This document shows, piece after piece, positions 36,310 to 49,584 of a DNA stretch of 64,000 nt. The stretch is from Octopus vulgaris (lineage: Eukaryota), in assembly GCA_951406725.2 (NCBI GenBank), contig OX597823.1:42284001-42348000 (forward strand), given 5' to 3'. The notes beneath the pieces are model-generated. The model saw nothing but the letters and a program-made list of their open reading frames with translations, did not search any database and was not told the origin of the DNA. The position numbers and the translations under genes are program-made. Numbering within the stretch: the first letter of the stretch is position 1; the number at the start of each line of letters is the position of its first letter.

Positions 36310-36830
36310 TTTTTGCATTTCATCTCTATGATGGGATTTACATGGGTTTATTTTGTGACACCATGTCACCCCTGTGACCTCAGCCATTCAACAGCTTTCA
36401 AATGATCTTTGCTCTTCCTAACAAGCAGACCAGTTGCATGATTTCTATTTTCATCTGCAAGCCAATCTTTTCAGTTCAATCCTTATTCCTAAGTCTCTAC
36501 TGACAATTAGCATTACCTCTCTTTTTCTGCAACTCCATAATTTGCTGTCTCTTTCTTCATTTCATTTTCTTTTATCCTTGTCAAATGGATGGGCCACGTT
36601 AATTATGTAGCAAGACCCTCTTTTCAAACACCAAAATATATCTGATTTGTTATGCTCTAAGACTTGATCCATTTGGATAAGGAAGTCTCAAAGAGGTTTA
36701 ACCTCATCGTTCTCAGCTACTTTTTCAGATGCATGTTCATACCACTGATGTCCTGATGGAAGTCCATACTTCTTACACATTTCCCAGTGGATGACCTTTG
36801 AAAAATCATCACATCTCTGAGATTCATACT
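36310..36830 (-). mobile_element. R4/Dong-like RLE domain remnant
   Basis: Minus strand KVIHWEMCKKYGLPSGHQWYEHASEKVAENDEVKPL.DFLIQMDQVLEHNKSDI...CYIINVAHPFD, the RHD..HW...WD...RPD restriction-like endonuclease signature. Confidence 0.85.
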
Positions 36831-37038
36831 GGAACATCCTGTCCTGTATAAATTGTTCTGTATGTCTGTCACATTTTACTAGCTTTCTGATTCTGCAATG
36901 ATTCTTTATCTGACCTCTTCAATAGCAACTTTGAGTTCTTTTCTACATATTTTGTATTTTCTTTCCAGTTGATCTTTAATTCCAATGTTCTGCAGTTCAT
37001 TGCTTCTCCAACTATTTAATCTGCTCATATCATCATCA

Positions 37039-37079
<41 letters not shown>

Positions 37080-37080
37080 G

Positions 37081-37455
37081 AGTCTTTCTTCTTCCTTCAA
37101 TTTTGTTTCCATTTCTTGCTGAGTGTCTTCTCAACACCAAAAGCAAAGAAAATTATTGTATACATTGATAGGCCATTAAAATAAACACACCAGATTGTTT
37201 ATTTACAAAAACAAAATAAAATTCTGTAAAAAACAATAAACATTTACAAGGAATGTTATCAATCTCACAGCAACAATATTCTTCTCAATACATACACTGT
37301 ACCAGATAAAACAATCTTTTGCCTTTCTTGCACAGACGTTAAGCCAGGGATCATTCTCAAATAATTCTTAGTTCCTTTTTTTGATCATTCTAAGAGCTCC
37401 TACAATTACTAGAATTGTAACTGCCTTGAAATGTGACATTGTTTCAATTTCAATG
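37081..37455 (-). mobile_element. R4/Dong-like 3' end ending on a (TAA)n tract
   Basis: Minus strand IEIETMSHFKAVTILVIVGALRMIKK..KNYLRMIPGLTSVQERQKIVLSGTVYVLRRILL; the 3' UTR runs into (TTA)n at 37040-37080. Confidence 0.8.
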
Positions 37456-39439
37456 TGCGAATCTTTATTTATTCTTAGCTTGTCAATCAATAAACAAGAA
37501 AATGCTTCGCAGAATTTGTCCCAACTCTCTACTTTTACAGTTCAAATCCTGTCATAATCAAATTTGCCTTTCATCCTTTTGGAGTCAATAGAATAAGGTA
37601 CCAGTCGAGTACTTGGATTGGGAGTATCAAGTTATCCACACCTCCTTCAAATTGCTAGCTTTGAGCCTGAAACCAGAAATCATCCTAATCACAATAATGA
37701 TGATGATGATGATGAAGAAGCATACTTTGGTATACCAGATGTGTGTTGCAGGGAGATGTCACAATAATTGAGGGTCACAGAAATCTATTGTAATACCAGT
37801 TGGTAGTTTACACACTGTAAACATATATGATAAAGCTCCTTAAGGATGACTGCCACATATGTTGTGGGAGCAGTCGACAAGTTACCTCACACATCCATGA
37901 TCGGTCTAACTACCTGAGGGTAAGTGCCCTCTCCTAGCTGTTTCTCCAAGGCCTACTGATACATTTTGAAAGTAAACCCATTAATGTTTAACACTTTTAA
38001 AATTAATGCTTAGAAAATTTACTGGAAAGCAGTACCACCCTTTCCACTCTCTTCAAGGGGTGTTAAAATAATGATAAAGGATTTCACCAAAGATGTGTCT
38101 GCTTTTAGTCATTTCAACTGTGTTCATGCAATTTCTTTCTTGATAACTACCAAACACTTCAGGAAGAAAACCTTCTTGTCTTTTCTGACCAAAGTAATGC
38201 AGTGAAGCAATCTTCAGCATGGACTTGACCAATTACCAGTTCCCTTTTACATGTCATGACAGCTCTTTGATATCACCCGACAAATCATTAGTGTTCAGAC
38301 AGTGAAAGACTGCATGCAGATTGGTTTGTATTAGTCTGTACACGAATCCATCTACCCTGATTAATAGCACTTACATGCCTGTAGAGTTAATATCTAACCA
38401 GAAATATTCACTTGGATTCGGAATAATTTCCAGAAATTCTTACCAGTCAAAATTTCTAGAAATTATCTAGTCTCAAGTTGAAAGCCCTCAGGAAAACTAA
38501 AAGAAGATATTGGTTATATTTGTGATACATTTGCAATAACATTGTGTGTGTGCGCGTGTGTGACAGGTTTGTACTTGCCATCAAATGTATCATCTCTAGT
38601 TTCTGATGAATTAAAGATAAGTACTGACAAGATGAATTCCAATCTCTCTTTTTTATCTTATTCATATACTTATTTAATTATTTACATTCTCCCCGCCACA
38701 CCTCTCATTTTTTGCTTTTCATTTTTCCTTTCTGTTAACTTCCCTTTCTTCTCTCTTCTGTTTTCTATCCTATTCTGTACGGTGTTGTCTCAAAGGAAAG
38801 AGGAAAGGATGAAAAAAAAAAAAAGGTAAACAGGTGTAGTTGAGAGAGTGAGAGAGTGAGTAAGTGAGTGAAAGAGATGGCCATGTTACTTTGATATGAT
38901 ATTGTAGTAGTGTGGCATATCAATAATGCAAAAATGTTATATTTGATCTTTATACTAATCTGAATCATCTTAATGAAATGTTAACACTCTTCCCAAGATA
39001 TATCACATAAAAGAAACCACTTGGTATCATCATCATCATCATCACCTGTATATATATAATAATAATATATATATAATAATAATGATAATCAACATCGCAG
39101 CAGCTTCAATTTCATTATCATCTTCAGCATTGTCATTGCAATTATTATCTAGTCACCAATACTATTTCTAAGGTTTTCATGCTAGTGTAGAAATAGATAT
39201 TCATTATCATCATCATCACATCTCAACAGCAGCAGCAGCCTTTTCATCATTATCATTATTGATCTCATTATCATCATTGTGATTATCAGCTTTCAAGCAC
39301 TATTTTTTAGGTTTCCATGCTTGTGTAAAAATATTATTATTATTATTATAGCTAAATCTTCTCGGTTCAGTTCAGATGTAATATTCTATCACTGTTGCAC
39401 TACTACTACTACTACTACTATTATTATTATTATTATATT

Positions 39440-39805
39440 AATCAATTAATGTCCATTATCCATGGATTATATGGCTTGACTGGAGCTAATGAGCCAGTGA
39501 GCTGTACCAGGTTCCAGTCTGATTTGGCATGGTTTCTACAGTTGGATGCACTTCTCAACGCCAGCCACTCCAGAAGTGTAATGAGTGCGTTTACGTGCCT
39601 CTGGCACAGGTGCCATTTACATGACACTGACAACAACTGCAACTATGATACATGAGTGCCATGTACATGGCACCAGCAACAACTATAATTATGATGCACA
39701 GGTGCTTTTTACATAGCACTGGCAGTAACCACAACTATGATTCATGGGTGCCATTTACATGGCACTACCAATGACCATGATTTCTAGGTGTCATTTACAA
39801 GGCAC

Positions 39806-39810
<5 letters not shown>
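39440..39810 (-). mobile_element. RTE 3' UTR carrying ~46-bp tandem repeats
   Basis: RTE tail followed by five GGTGCCATTTACATGGCAC-type units. Confidence 0.7.
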
Positions 39811-39840
<30 letters not shown>

Positions 39841-39841
<1 letters not shown>

Positions 39842-40288
39842 GGCAGTGAACTGGCAGAATCATTAACACATGGGGAAAATTGCTTAGCACCATTCCACCC
39901 ATCATTTCATTCTGAGTTCAAATTCCACCAGGGTCAACTTTACCTTCTATTCTTTCAGGATCTACAAAATAAGTATCAGTTGAGCAGTGAGGTCGATGTA
40001 ATCGACTAGGCCCCTCCCCCAGAATTGCTGGCCTTACACCAAAATTTGAAACCATTATTATTATCATTATCATTGAGGTAGTGAGCTGGCAAAATTGTTA
40101 GCACACTGGGCGAAATGCTTAGTGATATTTTGTTTGGCACTACGTTCTGGGTTCAAATTCTGCTATGGTCGAATTTGCCTTTCATCCTTTCAGAGTCAAT
40201 AAATTAAGTACCAGAGAAACATTGAGGCTGATGTAATTGACTCATCCCCTCCCCCAAAATGGTTGCCCTTGTGGCGAAATTTAAAACC
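39841..40288 (+). mobile_element. Two tandem Meta-type SINEs (39841-40052, 40076-40288) embedded in (TTA)n
   Basis: Each has AGG(C/T)AGTGA.CTGGCA head, GTTCAAATTC B-box and AAATTT.AAACCATT end. Confidence 0.85.
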
Positions 40289-41525
40289 ATTATTATTATT
40301 AGTAGAAGTAGTGGTAGTAGTAGTAGTAGTAGTTACCTATATAAGACATTATTATTATTACTGTTATAATTGGAGGAAGATGTACCTGCACTCTTTGACA
40401 CGATAGCAGCCATATCAATAATATTGTTTTTATTTTTATTATCATTATTATTATTATTTTGCATCACTTCCGTATGTGAATATAATAGCATTAGATGCCA
40501 TTTTGTCCTCCCCACCCACCATTATATCGAGGAAGGGGAATATCCATAATTAAAGATAACAAGTAAAAAAAAAAAATTAAATCAAGCACACAACATACAC
40601 ATATTCTGTTCACAATAGGGATGGAAACCTTCCTAAAATTTTTGCCCACAGGTGGCTTTCTTCTATTCCATGTGATGGAATTTCAAATCTTAGGAAGTAC
40701 TCTGACATTGATTCACATTCTGGAAAATATAATTAGCTTATTCTGAAAAACATATATATATGTTTATATATTTATACACACACACATATTATGTATACAT
40801 ACTTATATTTATATGTTTTATATATGTATATATATATATATATATATACGTACAGATGCAAATTTTATATAGGGAGTAAAGTATCAACAGACATATGTAC
40901 ATATACTTTATATGGATATAAAGAGAATTGTATAGGGCTATACAATGGCTTGTTATCATTAGGCTTATATAGAAAATAGTTTATAGTATGTAACAGAAGT
41001 TCTTTGAGTAGCCTCCAACAAGTCTTCTTAAACATCCTTCTGTTACAGAAGGAGCCAATAAGATACTTAGCAACAACCTTTAACTCTTGCATCTTGATCA
41101 TTCTGTATTTAAGTTTAGTTTGATTTTTGTCTTGGAGACTTTGCTGCAGAATCAGTGCTTTTCTATCTAGAACAGAATGTAGTTTCACTATCAGAATGTT
41201 CAAATTTACTTACAGTCCCTTCTGTTTCAGCATCTTGAGATTTTGCAATCATTTGAAGATTGGGTCTTTACAGCTGGGTTAGTAGAACTGACATTTTCAT
41301 ATGTAATGAAGATGTTTGACTGCCAAGCAAACAAAAGAAACTCCAACATATTCCAAAATTTTTTAAGGTCTAAAAAAGCAGGAACCAAATTTCTAGGACT
41401 TGTAAACCACAGAAAAAAAAAATGTTCTAATACTCATTATTTTTGGTACATAAAGAACAAAAACAGGGAGTATAAAAATAATATAAAATAAAAATCACAT
41501 TAAATAGATAAGAGGAAAGAAAGAT

Positions 41526-41729
41526 TGGTTTCAAATTTTGGCACAAGGCCAGCAATTTTAGGGAAGGGGCTAAATTGATTACATTAACCCCAGTATTCAA
41601 CTGATGCTTATTTCATCGATCCCAAAAGGATGAAACTTCAGTGGAATTTGAACTCAGAACATAAAGTCGGATGAAATGCTGCTAAGCATTTTGCCCAGTA
41701 TGCTAATAATTTTGCCAGCTTACCACCTT
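41526..41729 (-). mobile_element. Meta-type SINE
   Basis: Reverse complement of the 39841 family. Confidence 0.8.
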
Positions 41730-41984
41730 AGAGAAAACAAAAATGGACAGAAATCAGATGTAAAATAATGATGACAAGAAATGAAAAACAACAAAGGGAC
41801 TAAAGAGTATTGATGTGATGGAGGTGAAAGTCAATGTATATTGATCGAGATAACAAAATATTCAAAAAATGAAAAACAAGAAAATAAAAGCCTAAAAACA
41901 GACTTTCAAACAGCTGCAGAGGAATTGTTGTCAGTGACTAAGTCACAGTTGTGTAACAAAAATATTGACACTTCCTCTTTTAAT

Positions 41985-42374
41985 CTTTATTATATTTCAG
42001 TCATTTGACTGTGGCCATGCTGGAACATTGCCTTTAGTTGAAGAAATCAACTCCAGGATTTATTCTTTGTAAGCCTAGTACTTAATCTATCGGTTACTTT
42101 TGCTGAACTGCTAAGTTTTGAGTATATAAACACGCCAACATCAGTTGTCAAGTGATGGTGGAGGTGGGACAAGCACAGACACAAATATATATATTTATAT
42201 ATATATATATACATGATGGTCTTCTTTCAGTTTCTGTCTACCAAATCCACTCACAAGGCTTTGGTCAGCCTGAAGCTATAGTAGGAGACATTTGCCCAAT
42301 GTGTCACACCATTGGATTGGTCTCAGAACCATGTGGTTGGTAACCAAGCTTCTTACCACACAGCCATGCTTGCA
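41985..42374 (-). mobile_element. tRNA/CORE-head SINE (tail A)
   Basis: Colinear with 26101-26514. Confidence 0.8.
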
Positions 42375-42543
42375 TCTTCATGAAATAAATTTAAATTTCA
42401 AGTAAATTTAACATCTTTGTATGTCTTTGAATAGATTTCCTGTGATTTAATTGCTTAGCATACTCCTCACTAGCTCTCGGCTGATCAAAGCCTTGTGCAT
42501 GGATTTGACCAATGGAAACTGAAAGAAGCCTGTCGAGTGTGTG

Positions 42544-42586
<43 letters not shown>

Positions 42587-44577
42587 GTGTGTGTGTTGGT
42601 GTGTGTATGTGTTTGTGCATGTCTCTCTTTGCTTTGATGTCACATGATAACTGTGAACAAGCACCATTGTCATGGTAACAGTGTTGTTCATTTCCAAGTC
42701 TTCTTTGAAAATATGTCTAGCTATGGGGAAATATTATCTTGCTTGGAAACAAGTAAGAGTTAGGGCATCTGGGTATAGAAAATCTACCTTAACAAATTCC
42801 ATCTGACCCTAGCAAGTAAGGAAAAGTGGGAAGTTGTTGCTTACCTTTCAGCTCAGATTTAACTGAACAAAAGAGAGTAAGATCTGATTACAGGAAATAA
42901 TTGGTTGCTATTTCTAGCAGACTGAGAGATCACATACTGTTATCCTCATTCTTAAATGTTATGAAAATCAAGAAAAACCCGAGTCATGTGGTTACTAGAA
43001 AATTGTAAAGACATTCGTTGGAGTGCCATACACTTTCTTGTAGAAGTTTGATATAGAAGTTTTATTGGAAACAGACTTAGAGGATAGCTGTTATCAATTG
43101 ATATGAATCATCATCAAGAAAACACCATCTCAAATAAAATCCAAAGAGAGCCAACCACTGGATATTGTTAAAATGGAATGATGAAATCTGGTTAAAGTGA
43201 TGTACAACTGTTATGCAGGTACCTGCTTGCCTACATAGCAAGTCAAACCTGCCTGTTTCCGCAATTTAAATGGTGCTGATGAGCCCCAACTGAAAGAATT
43301 AAGATCACGCTAATCACTTAATCCAGTAGGCAGGGTCCCTCATCAGTGAGGGGGGCTGGTGTGTTGTAAAGCTGTTGAGAGGAAGGCTCTAAAACGATGG
43401 GCATTCTTGTCTGATGACCCCCTGAAACCTGGTGGTACCCTGTATGCAGAGCTTGCAAGTGACAGTACTTGCATAAGCAAGCTGTTACAATGTGAATAAT
43501 TAGAAATCTTGTTAACTGGCAAGTTTATTATCATATCTAATTGTCCATGCTGTGTATCTACTCACAAATAACTGCTTTTTAAGAACACAGTAGAAATAGG
43601 AATCGATAATAAACCAAATAGTAAGTAGAGAAACAAAAATAAAAATCAAAGAAAATGTTCTGGTTCCAATGTTAGGAAAAGTTTTTACAAGTTAGTATAT
43701 TATAAGAAGCTCGAAATACTGTTTACAGTCAATTTTCCTGGCTATAATTTTCTGTTCAATAGATTGAGTAAATACATAAGTAATTAATGTTTAAAAAAAA
43801 TACTCTGGGTCGTGAGATTGAGTTATTCTGAAAATTATTTTAAAACACTTGGATATTTCTAATTAATCTAATATTCAATAAGTTCACTTCAGAACAGTGG
43901 TTATAGATTTTTGAAGATTTTCTTAATGAATACAGCAAAATTCTGTCTATTTTTGAAAACAGTGTCTATAATTATAGCTATATTTAACTAATGAAATTTT
44001 TTAACACATATTCAATTTGTACATTAGATATTTCACCAGAGTTCTATGATTATGTATGTATATATTTACACATACATATAGACCCTTCTCTCTCTATATA
44101 TATATATAGATCCTTCATCACACTTAAACCTCAGGCAGCATAGCATAGCTGTGTGGTTAAGAGATTTGCTTCCCAACCACACAAATTAAGGTTCAGTTCT
44201 CCTCAATACTTTCCATCGTGGGCAACAGTTTTCTACCATAGTTCTGAGCTGACTTATGCCTAATGGGTGGATTTGTTGGAAGGAAATTGAAAGGAGACCT
44301 TTGTATGCATGTGTCCATATGTGTATGTTTGAGTGAAGTGCCCTTGTTTTGACATCACCAAAGTGTTGTAAATGAGGGCCACAACAATGAAAGCAGTGGC
44401 TGTCACTTCCAATCTTCCTTGAAAACAAGTCTAGACATGGGTAGATTTTATTTTGCCTGGAAACATGTTAGGATTGGCAACAGAAAAGGTACCCAGTCTC
44501 AACAAACTTCCTCTTTACACAAGTATGAAAAACTGGATGCTGAAACAACTGTAGTGATGAATACACAGGTTTATGCA

Positions 44578-44612
<35 letters not shown>

Positions 44613-44614
<2 letters not shown>

Positions 44615-45058
44615 CATCATCATCGTTTAACATCCGTTTTCCACACTAGCACGGGTTGGACGGTTCGACTGGGGTCTGGGAAGCCAGGGGCTGCACCAGG
44701 CTCCAGTCTGATCTGGCAGTGTTTCTACAGCTGGATGCCCTTCCTAACACCAACCACTCCGCGAGTGTAGTGGGTGCTTTTAACGTGCCACCGGCACGGA
44801 AGCCAGTCAAGGCAGCGCTGACATCGGCCACGTTCGGATGGTGCTTTTTATGTGCCCCCGGCGCAGAAGCCAGTCGAGGCAGCGCTGGCATCGGCCACGT
44901 TCAGATGGTGCTTTTTATGTGCCACCGGCACAGGTATCACAACTACTATTTCCATTGATATTTATTTCGATGTTCATGTACTTGACTCAATAGGTCTCCT
45001 CAAGCACAGTGGGATGTTCTGGAATCCAAGGTACTTTGAAAGGGCAGGGGCTATGCGG
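44613..45058 (-). mobile_element. Young RTE LINE 3' end
   Basis: CpG-rich copy of the RTE tail with internal tandem GGTGCTTTT..GTGCC units, (CAT)n end and ORF terminus near 44990-45058. Confidence 0.8.
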
Positions 45059-45078
45059 AATATATATATATGTATGTA

Positions 45079-45318
45079 GAAGGCACATGGCTCAGTGGTT
45101 AGGGCATCCTGTTTATGGTCGTGAGTTCGCTTACCTGCAGTGTGTTCTGTCCTTAAGCAAGTCACTTTGTTTCATGTTGCTTGCTCCAATCCACTCAGCT
45201 GGAAAAGATGAGTAGTACTTGTATTTCAAAAAACCAGCTTTTTCACATTCTGTGTTACTCTGAATCTCCCTGCGAACTATGTTAAGGGTATGCATGTCTG
45301 TGGAGTGCTTAGCCACAC
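45079..45318 (+). mobile_element. tRNA/CORE SINE
   Basis: TGGCTCAGTGGTTAGGG A-box; TGTCCTTAAGCAAGTCACTT CORE-like block; same 3' module as 25690. Confidence 0.75.
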
Positions 45319-45620
45319 ACACACACATTTAAAAATACATTCATATCTTAGGAGGCTTTGCAACCAAGGCTGTGTATTTGCTGGTGGAAATTTTTAGATT
45401 AATGTTTTTCATGTTTTACTTTCATTTTAGTTATGGCTTCCCTGGTATGCTATGAGTTAGAAATATTCTACCTTGTTATGCATGTATGTATAACATGTAT
45501 GTATACCATACCTTATTATATATATATATATGTATGTATTCTGAGTCAGATGAAGTGACAATGAATATTTTGGGAAGTGTTGGGAACAAAATCCAGAATT
45601 GAAAATAAGTTATAGGAAAG

Positions 45621-45658
<38 letters not shown>

Positions 45659-47698
45659 GTGTTTATAAATAGATAGACTTTTACATAAATATATTTGCCT
45701 ATATATTTCGCCCTTTAAGAAGTAAAAAATTATGTGTGTATGTGTGTGTGTGCATATATATCAATATATACACACACACATATGAAGCAATGCTTGAACA
45801 TGTGTATATGCAATTGCATGCAAATATACACCGATGTAAAGTTATCTGTATACCTACATACTTACTCCTATATTTTCAAATTCACAGAGTATACACTTTC
45901 ACAAACACCACTCACATATGATTTATAATGCAAAACTACTCAGTCTGTTCAGTGAAGTTATTTTTCATTTTTGAAAAAAATAAAAACTTTATTAATTTAG
46001 TTTGCGTTCTATTTTATCTTGAAAAAAAAAATTTTTTTTTTTTTTAATTTCTATTTCAGAAATATCCTTGTCATTCTTGTTTTATTTTCAAATTTTTTCT
46101 TAAATTCTCTAAATTTGTTTCTTTTGCTACTTTTCTATAAGACTTAGAAATTCTAAATTAGTTTTACATTGTACTCATTTTATTCCAATCATCTTTGAGT
46201 GATAGAGATGGTCCAGATAGAAAAGAATCTGTCAAAACACTTAACTGTATCAAATTTTGATGGTTCAAAATTCTGATTTTAAAATTACATTGGCAACACA
46301 TTAACTTCATCTGTTAACTACTCTCAGGCAATTTCAATAAAATAGATACCTGTAACATAACATGGTCCATTAATGCTTTAAAATTTGGCTGGGTGCTTCA
46401 CTGAAAGAAGACATTTATTCTGAAATGATGATCATAATGATGATCATCATGATATTCTTTATCAATGTGCTCATCATCATCATCGACATCATTATCTAAA
46501 CATTACTACAACATTTCTGCAAAATGCCTATGTGTATCTGTGTTTTTTGTATATGGTTTGTGTATGTCAGTGTGTTTGAATGGTGGTGAAAGTTCTCTAT
46601 GAAGAATTTTTGTGATTCATGCTGTTCTTTAAAGTTATTGAAATTATATTGACTCTAAAGAGTTGGGTATTTTATTGTATCTAGTCCGGTGCCATATATA
46701 TCCCTTTCAAATATATTCAAATCTTAAATAAATAAATTTATTTATCTCTTATTTAGTCTTTTTTATCCTATTGATCGGAGGATATTCAATAAAAAAATAT
46801 TACTATTATTATTTTGAAGCTGAATCAATTTATTTTACATTTCTCTCATGGGAAACAAGTAAGATACTTTGCTTTTTCATAACAGTTGATATTTTCTATT
46901 ATAGTGCAGAGGTAAATCTTTGCACATTTAGACTATAATACAGTTTTGATTCCTCACTGGAATCATTTCTCTGACATCAATAGTGTAGAGTGGGTGGGGC
47001 CACAGGAGTAGTTGCTTTGGGTGCAAAATTTCAGAGCTTTGAAACCATGTGGTTATGAGTTCAATCTCAGCACAAACCTTGTTGGCTAATGTTCTATACT
47101 ATGGCAACAGGCTGATCAATGCCTGATGAGTAAAACTGGTAAACAGAACCTAAAGAAGAATATCATATGTGCATATGTGTGTGTATGTATGCTTGTATGT
47201 TCACTGGTATGCTTTATGCAGTACACTTTACCAAATATTTTTGACTCGGTATCCAGATTAATATTCTATACCCTATACCCATATTGCATTATAACCATAT
47301 TATCCAATCAGGGAGAGGCTAGACTATTATAAATATGTGAAATGTATTTTGATTATAATGTCTGAAAAGAATGGAATCTGGGTAACAATTTGTTACATAA
47401 CCACTTGAAACATACATATCACATGCACTCAAAATATTAAAAAATGGTTTTGTGCTGATTATATATGTGTGTCTTTGTGTGCTTATACATGCATTTCAGC
47501 AATGTAGTTATACACATGTTGCTGGTGATTTCTTGTCTTTCTTTGGACTTTTTCCTTTATCCTTTCCAATTAAGTTCTATGCTTGAAATGGCAAACTCTC
47601 TCATTTTGCTGACTGTCAACCTAATACATTCCTTGTGCACATCCTCTTGTTGTCTGTTAATTTTATTATTCATTTATATGAATTGACTATATATATAT

Positions 47699-48078
47699 GG
47701 AGGCGCAATGGCCCAGTGGTTAGGGCAGCGGACTCGCAGTCGTAGGATCGCGGTTTCGATTCCCTGACCGGGCATTGTGAGTGTTTATTGAGCGAAAACA
47801 CCTAAAGCTTCACAAGGCTCCTGCAGGGGGGTGGTGGTGAACCCTGCTGTACTTTTTCACCACAACTTTCTCTCACTCTTTCTTCCTGTTTCTGTTGTAC
47901 CTGTATTTCAAAGGGCCAGCCTTGTCACACTCTGTGTCATGCTGAATCACCTTGAGAACTACGTTAAGAGTACACGTGTCTGTGGAATGCTCAGCCACTT
48001 GCACGTTAATTCCACAAGCAAGCTGTTCCGTTGATTGTATCAGCTGGGACCCTCATCATCGTAACTGACGGAGTGCTC
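47699..48078 (+). mobile_element. Young tRNA-derived SINE
   Basis: tRNA-like head TGGCCCAGTGGTTAGG...GGTTTCGATTCCC; flanked by CTATATATATAT on both sides; closely similar to 59129-59510. Confidence 0.9.
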
Positions 48079-49247
48079 CTATATATATATATGTGTGTGT
48101 GTGTATGTGTTTGCCTCTGTGTGTGCCTGTGTGTATGCTTGAGTGAAGTGTCCTTGTTTTGACATCGCCTTAGTAACAATTTGTTTATACACACACACAG
48201 GTGTGTTTGCCTCTGTGTGTGGGTGTGTACATATGTTTGTGTGAGTAAGTTTTCTGATAGAATAAAGGATTATTATATTACTTTAAAACAGGTGAAGGTT
48301 GATAAACAGTAAAAGCATGAGCTGAAGAAAATCAGCCTTAACAAATTTTATCAACCCACGTGTGCATGCAAATATGGACGTTAATGCAATGACAAGGATG
48401 ATGATAAGGATGATGATGATAAATATAAAATGGTACACTGCCTTCCAGGACTTGCCTTGCCCCAGGCACTGACAACCAATATTATGCCAATGAACAATAT
48501 TTTTGGTTAAGCCAGAGAAGCAGTTCCATCTTGAATACTCTAAAATATCCTAAAGACACAAAACTTTATCCATTTGCAGGAACCCATTATTGTTAAGTCC
48601 ATTTATTTCTATAATAATTTGTGATAATTAAATTATAGGGCAATACAAATGAAACTCATTTTCCCAAATTATCGTGGTTAATTGGTTATAATTGAAATGA
48701 TGGACCTGCTTCAAATATATCTTCTCTGGCAATTTTGTCAAATACTTGTCCTAATAAATTTGTGTTACATAATTAATGATCACATTACTCATTCTGTACA
48801 TGTCATTCATAAACTACAGTCATAGCCCCATTTAATCTGATTTATGCCCCGGATTTTTCAGTGAGTCTATAAAAAACTGACCTATGGCAAAGCAAATTTT
48901 TAAAACTTTGTCTTAAGTCTTTCAACTGCTTTCAGACAATTAGTTGAAAACTGGTTAGTTAATAACTTGGTAAATTTAATGAAAATTTCATCATAAAGAG
49001 TTATTTCTGAAATCTAGAAATATATTCAAATCAGTAGAAACATATTATTACACACACACAGAATTAAAGCTGTGTAGTTAAGAAGCTTGCTTCCCAACCA
49101 TGTGGTTTCAGGTTCAGTCACACTGCTTGCCTCCTTGAGCAGGTGTCTTCAACTATAGTCCTGGCCAGCCAAAGCCTTGTGAGTAGATTCGAAAGATGGA
49201 AACTGTATATATGATGGGCTTCTTTCAGTTTCCATCTTCTGAATCTA

Positions 49248-49284
<37 letters not shown>

Positions 49285-49584
49285 ATTTTGGCACAGGTAT
49301 GTCAATATGGTCAAGAAATTTTCTTCACAACCACATGAATTAGGGTTCAGTCACACTGCATGGGACTTTAGCTAACACTCTTCTACCATAACATTCGCCT
49401 GACCAATGCTTTCGAAAGGGAATTTGATACACAGAAACCATGATGGTATCCATCATGTATGTATGTATGTGCGCATGTGCATATATTGAGCTCACAGAGT
49501 TTAATTATTATCAAACACTTTAATGAAAAGAAATGTCTTGAATATAGGAATAATCACACACACCTACAAATATTGTGTCTTTTA

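Noticed and set aside
41215-41319. Minus-strand segment bounded by a good acceptor (TTGTTTGCTTGGCAG) and donor (GTAAGT)
   Set aside because: Stops occur in all three frames; it could only be non-coding and has no other support.
43261-43278. Minus-strand CAGCACCATTTAAATTGC resembling miR-29
   Set aside because: Only the seed region matches; the 3' half diverges and I see no pre-miRNA hairpin.
47699-47775. tRNA-like sequence (also 59129-59205)
   Set aside because: A/B boxes are present, but it continues into ~300 bp of shared SINE body with TSDs; it is a SINE head, not a tRNA gene.
46978-48492. Possible old CAGTGGCG-type DNA element ends enclosing several SINEs
   Set aside because: The putative TIRs are very degenerate and no TSD is visible.
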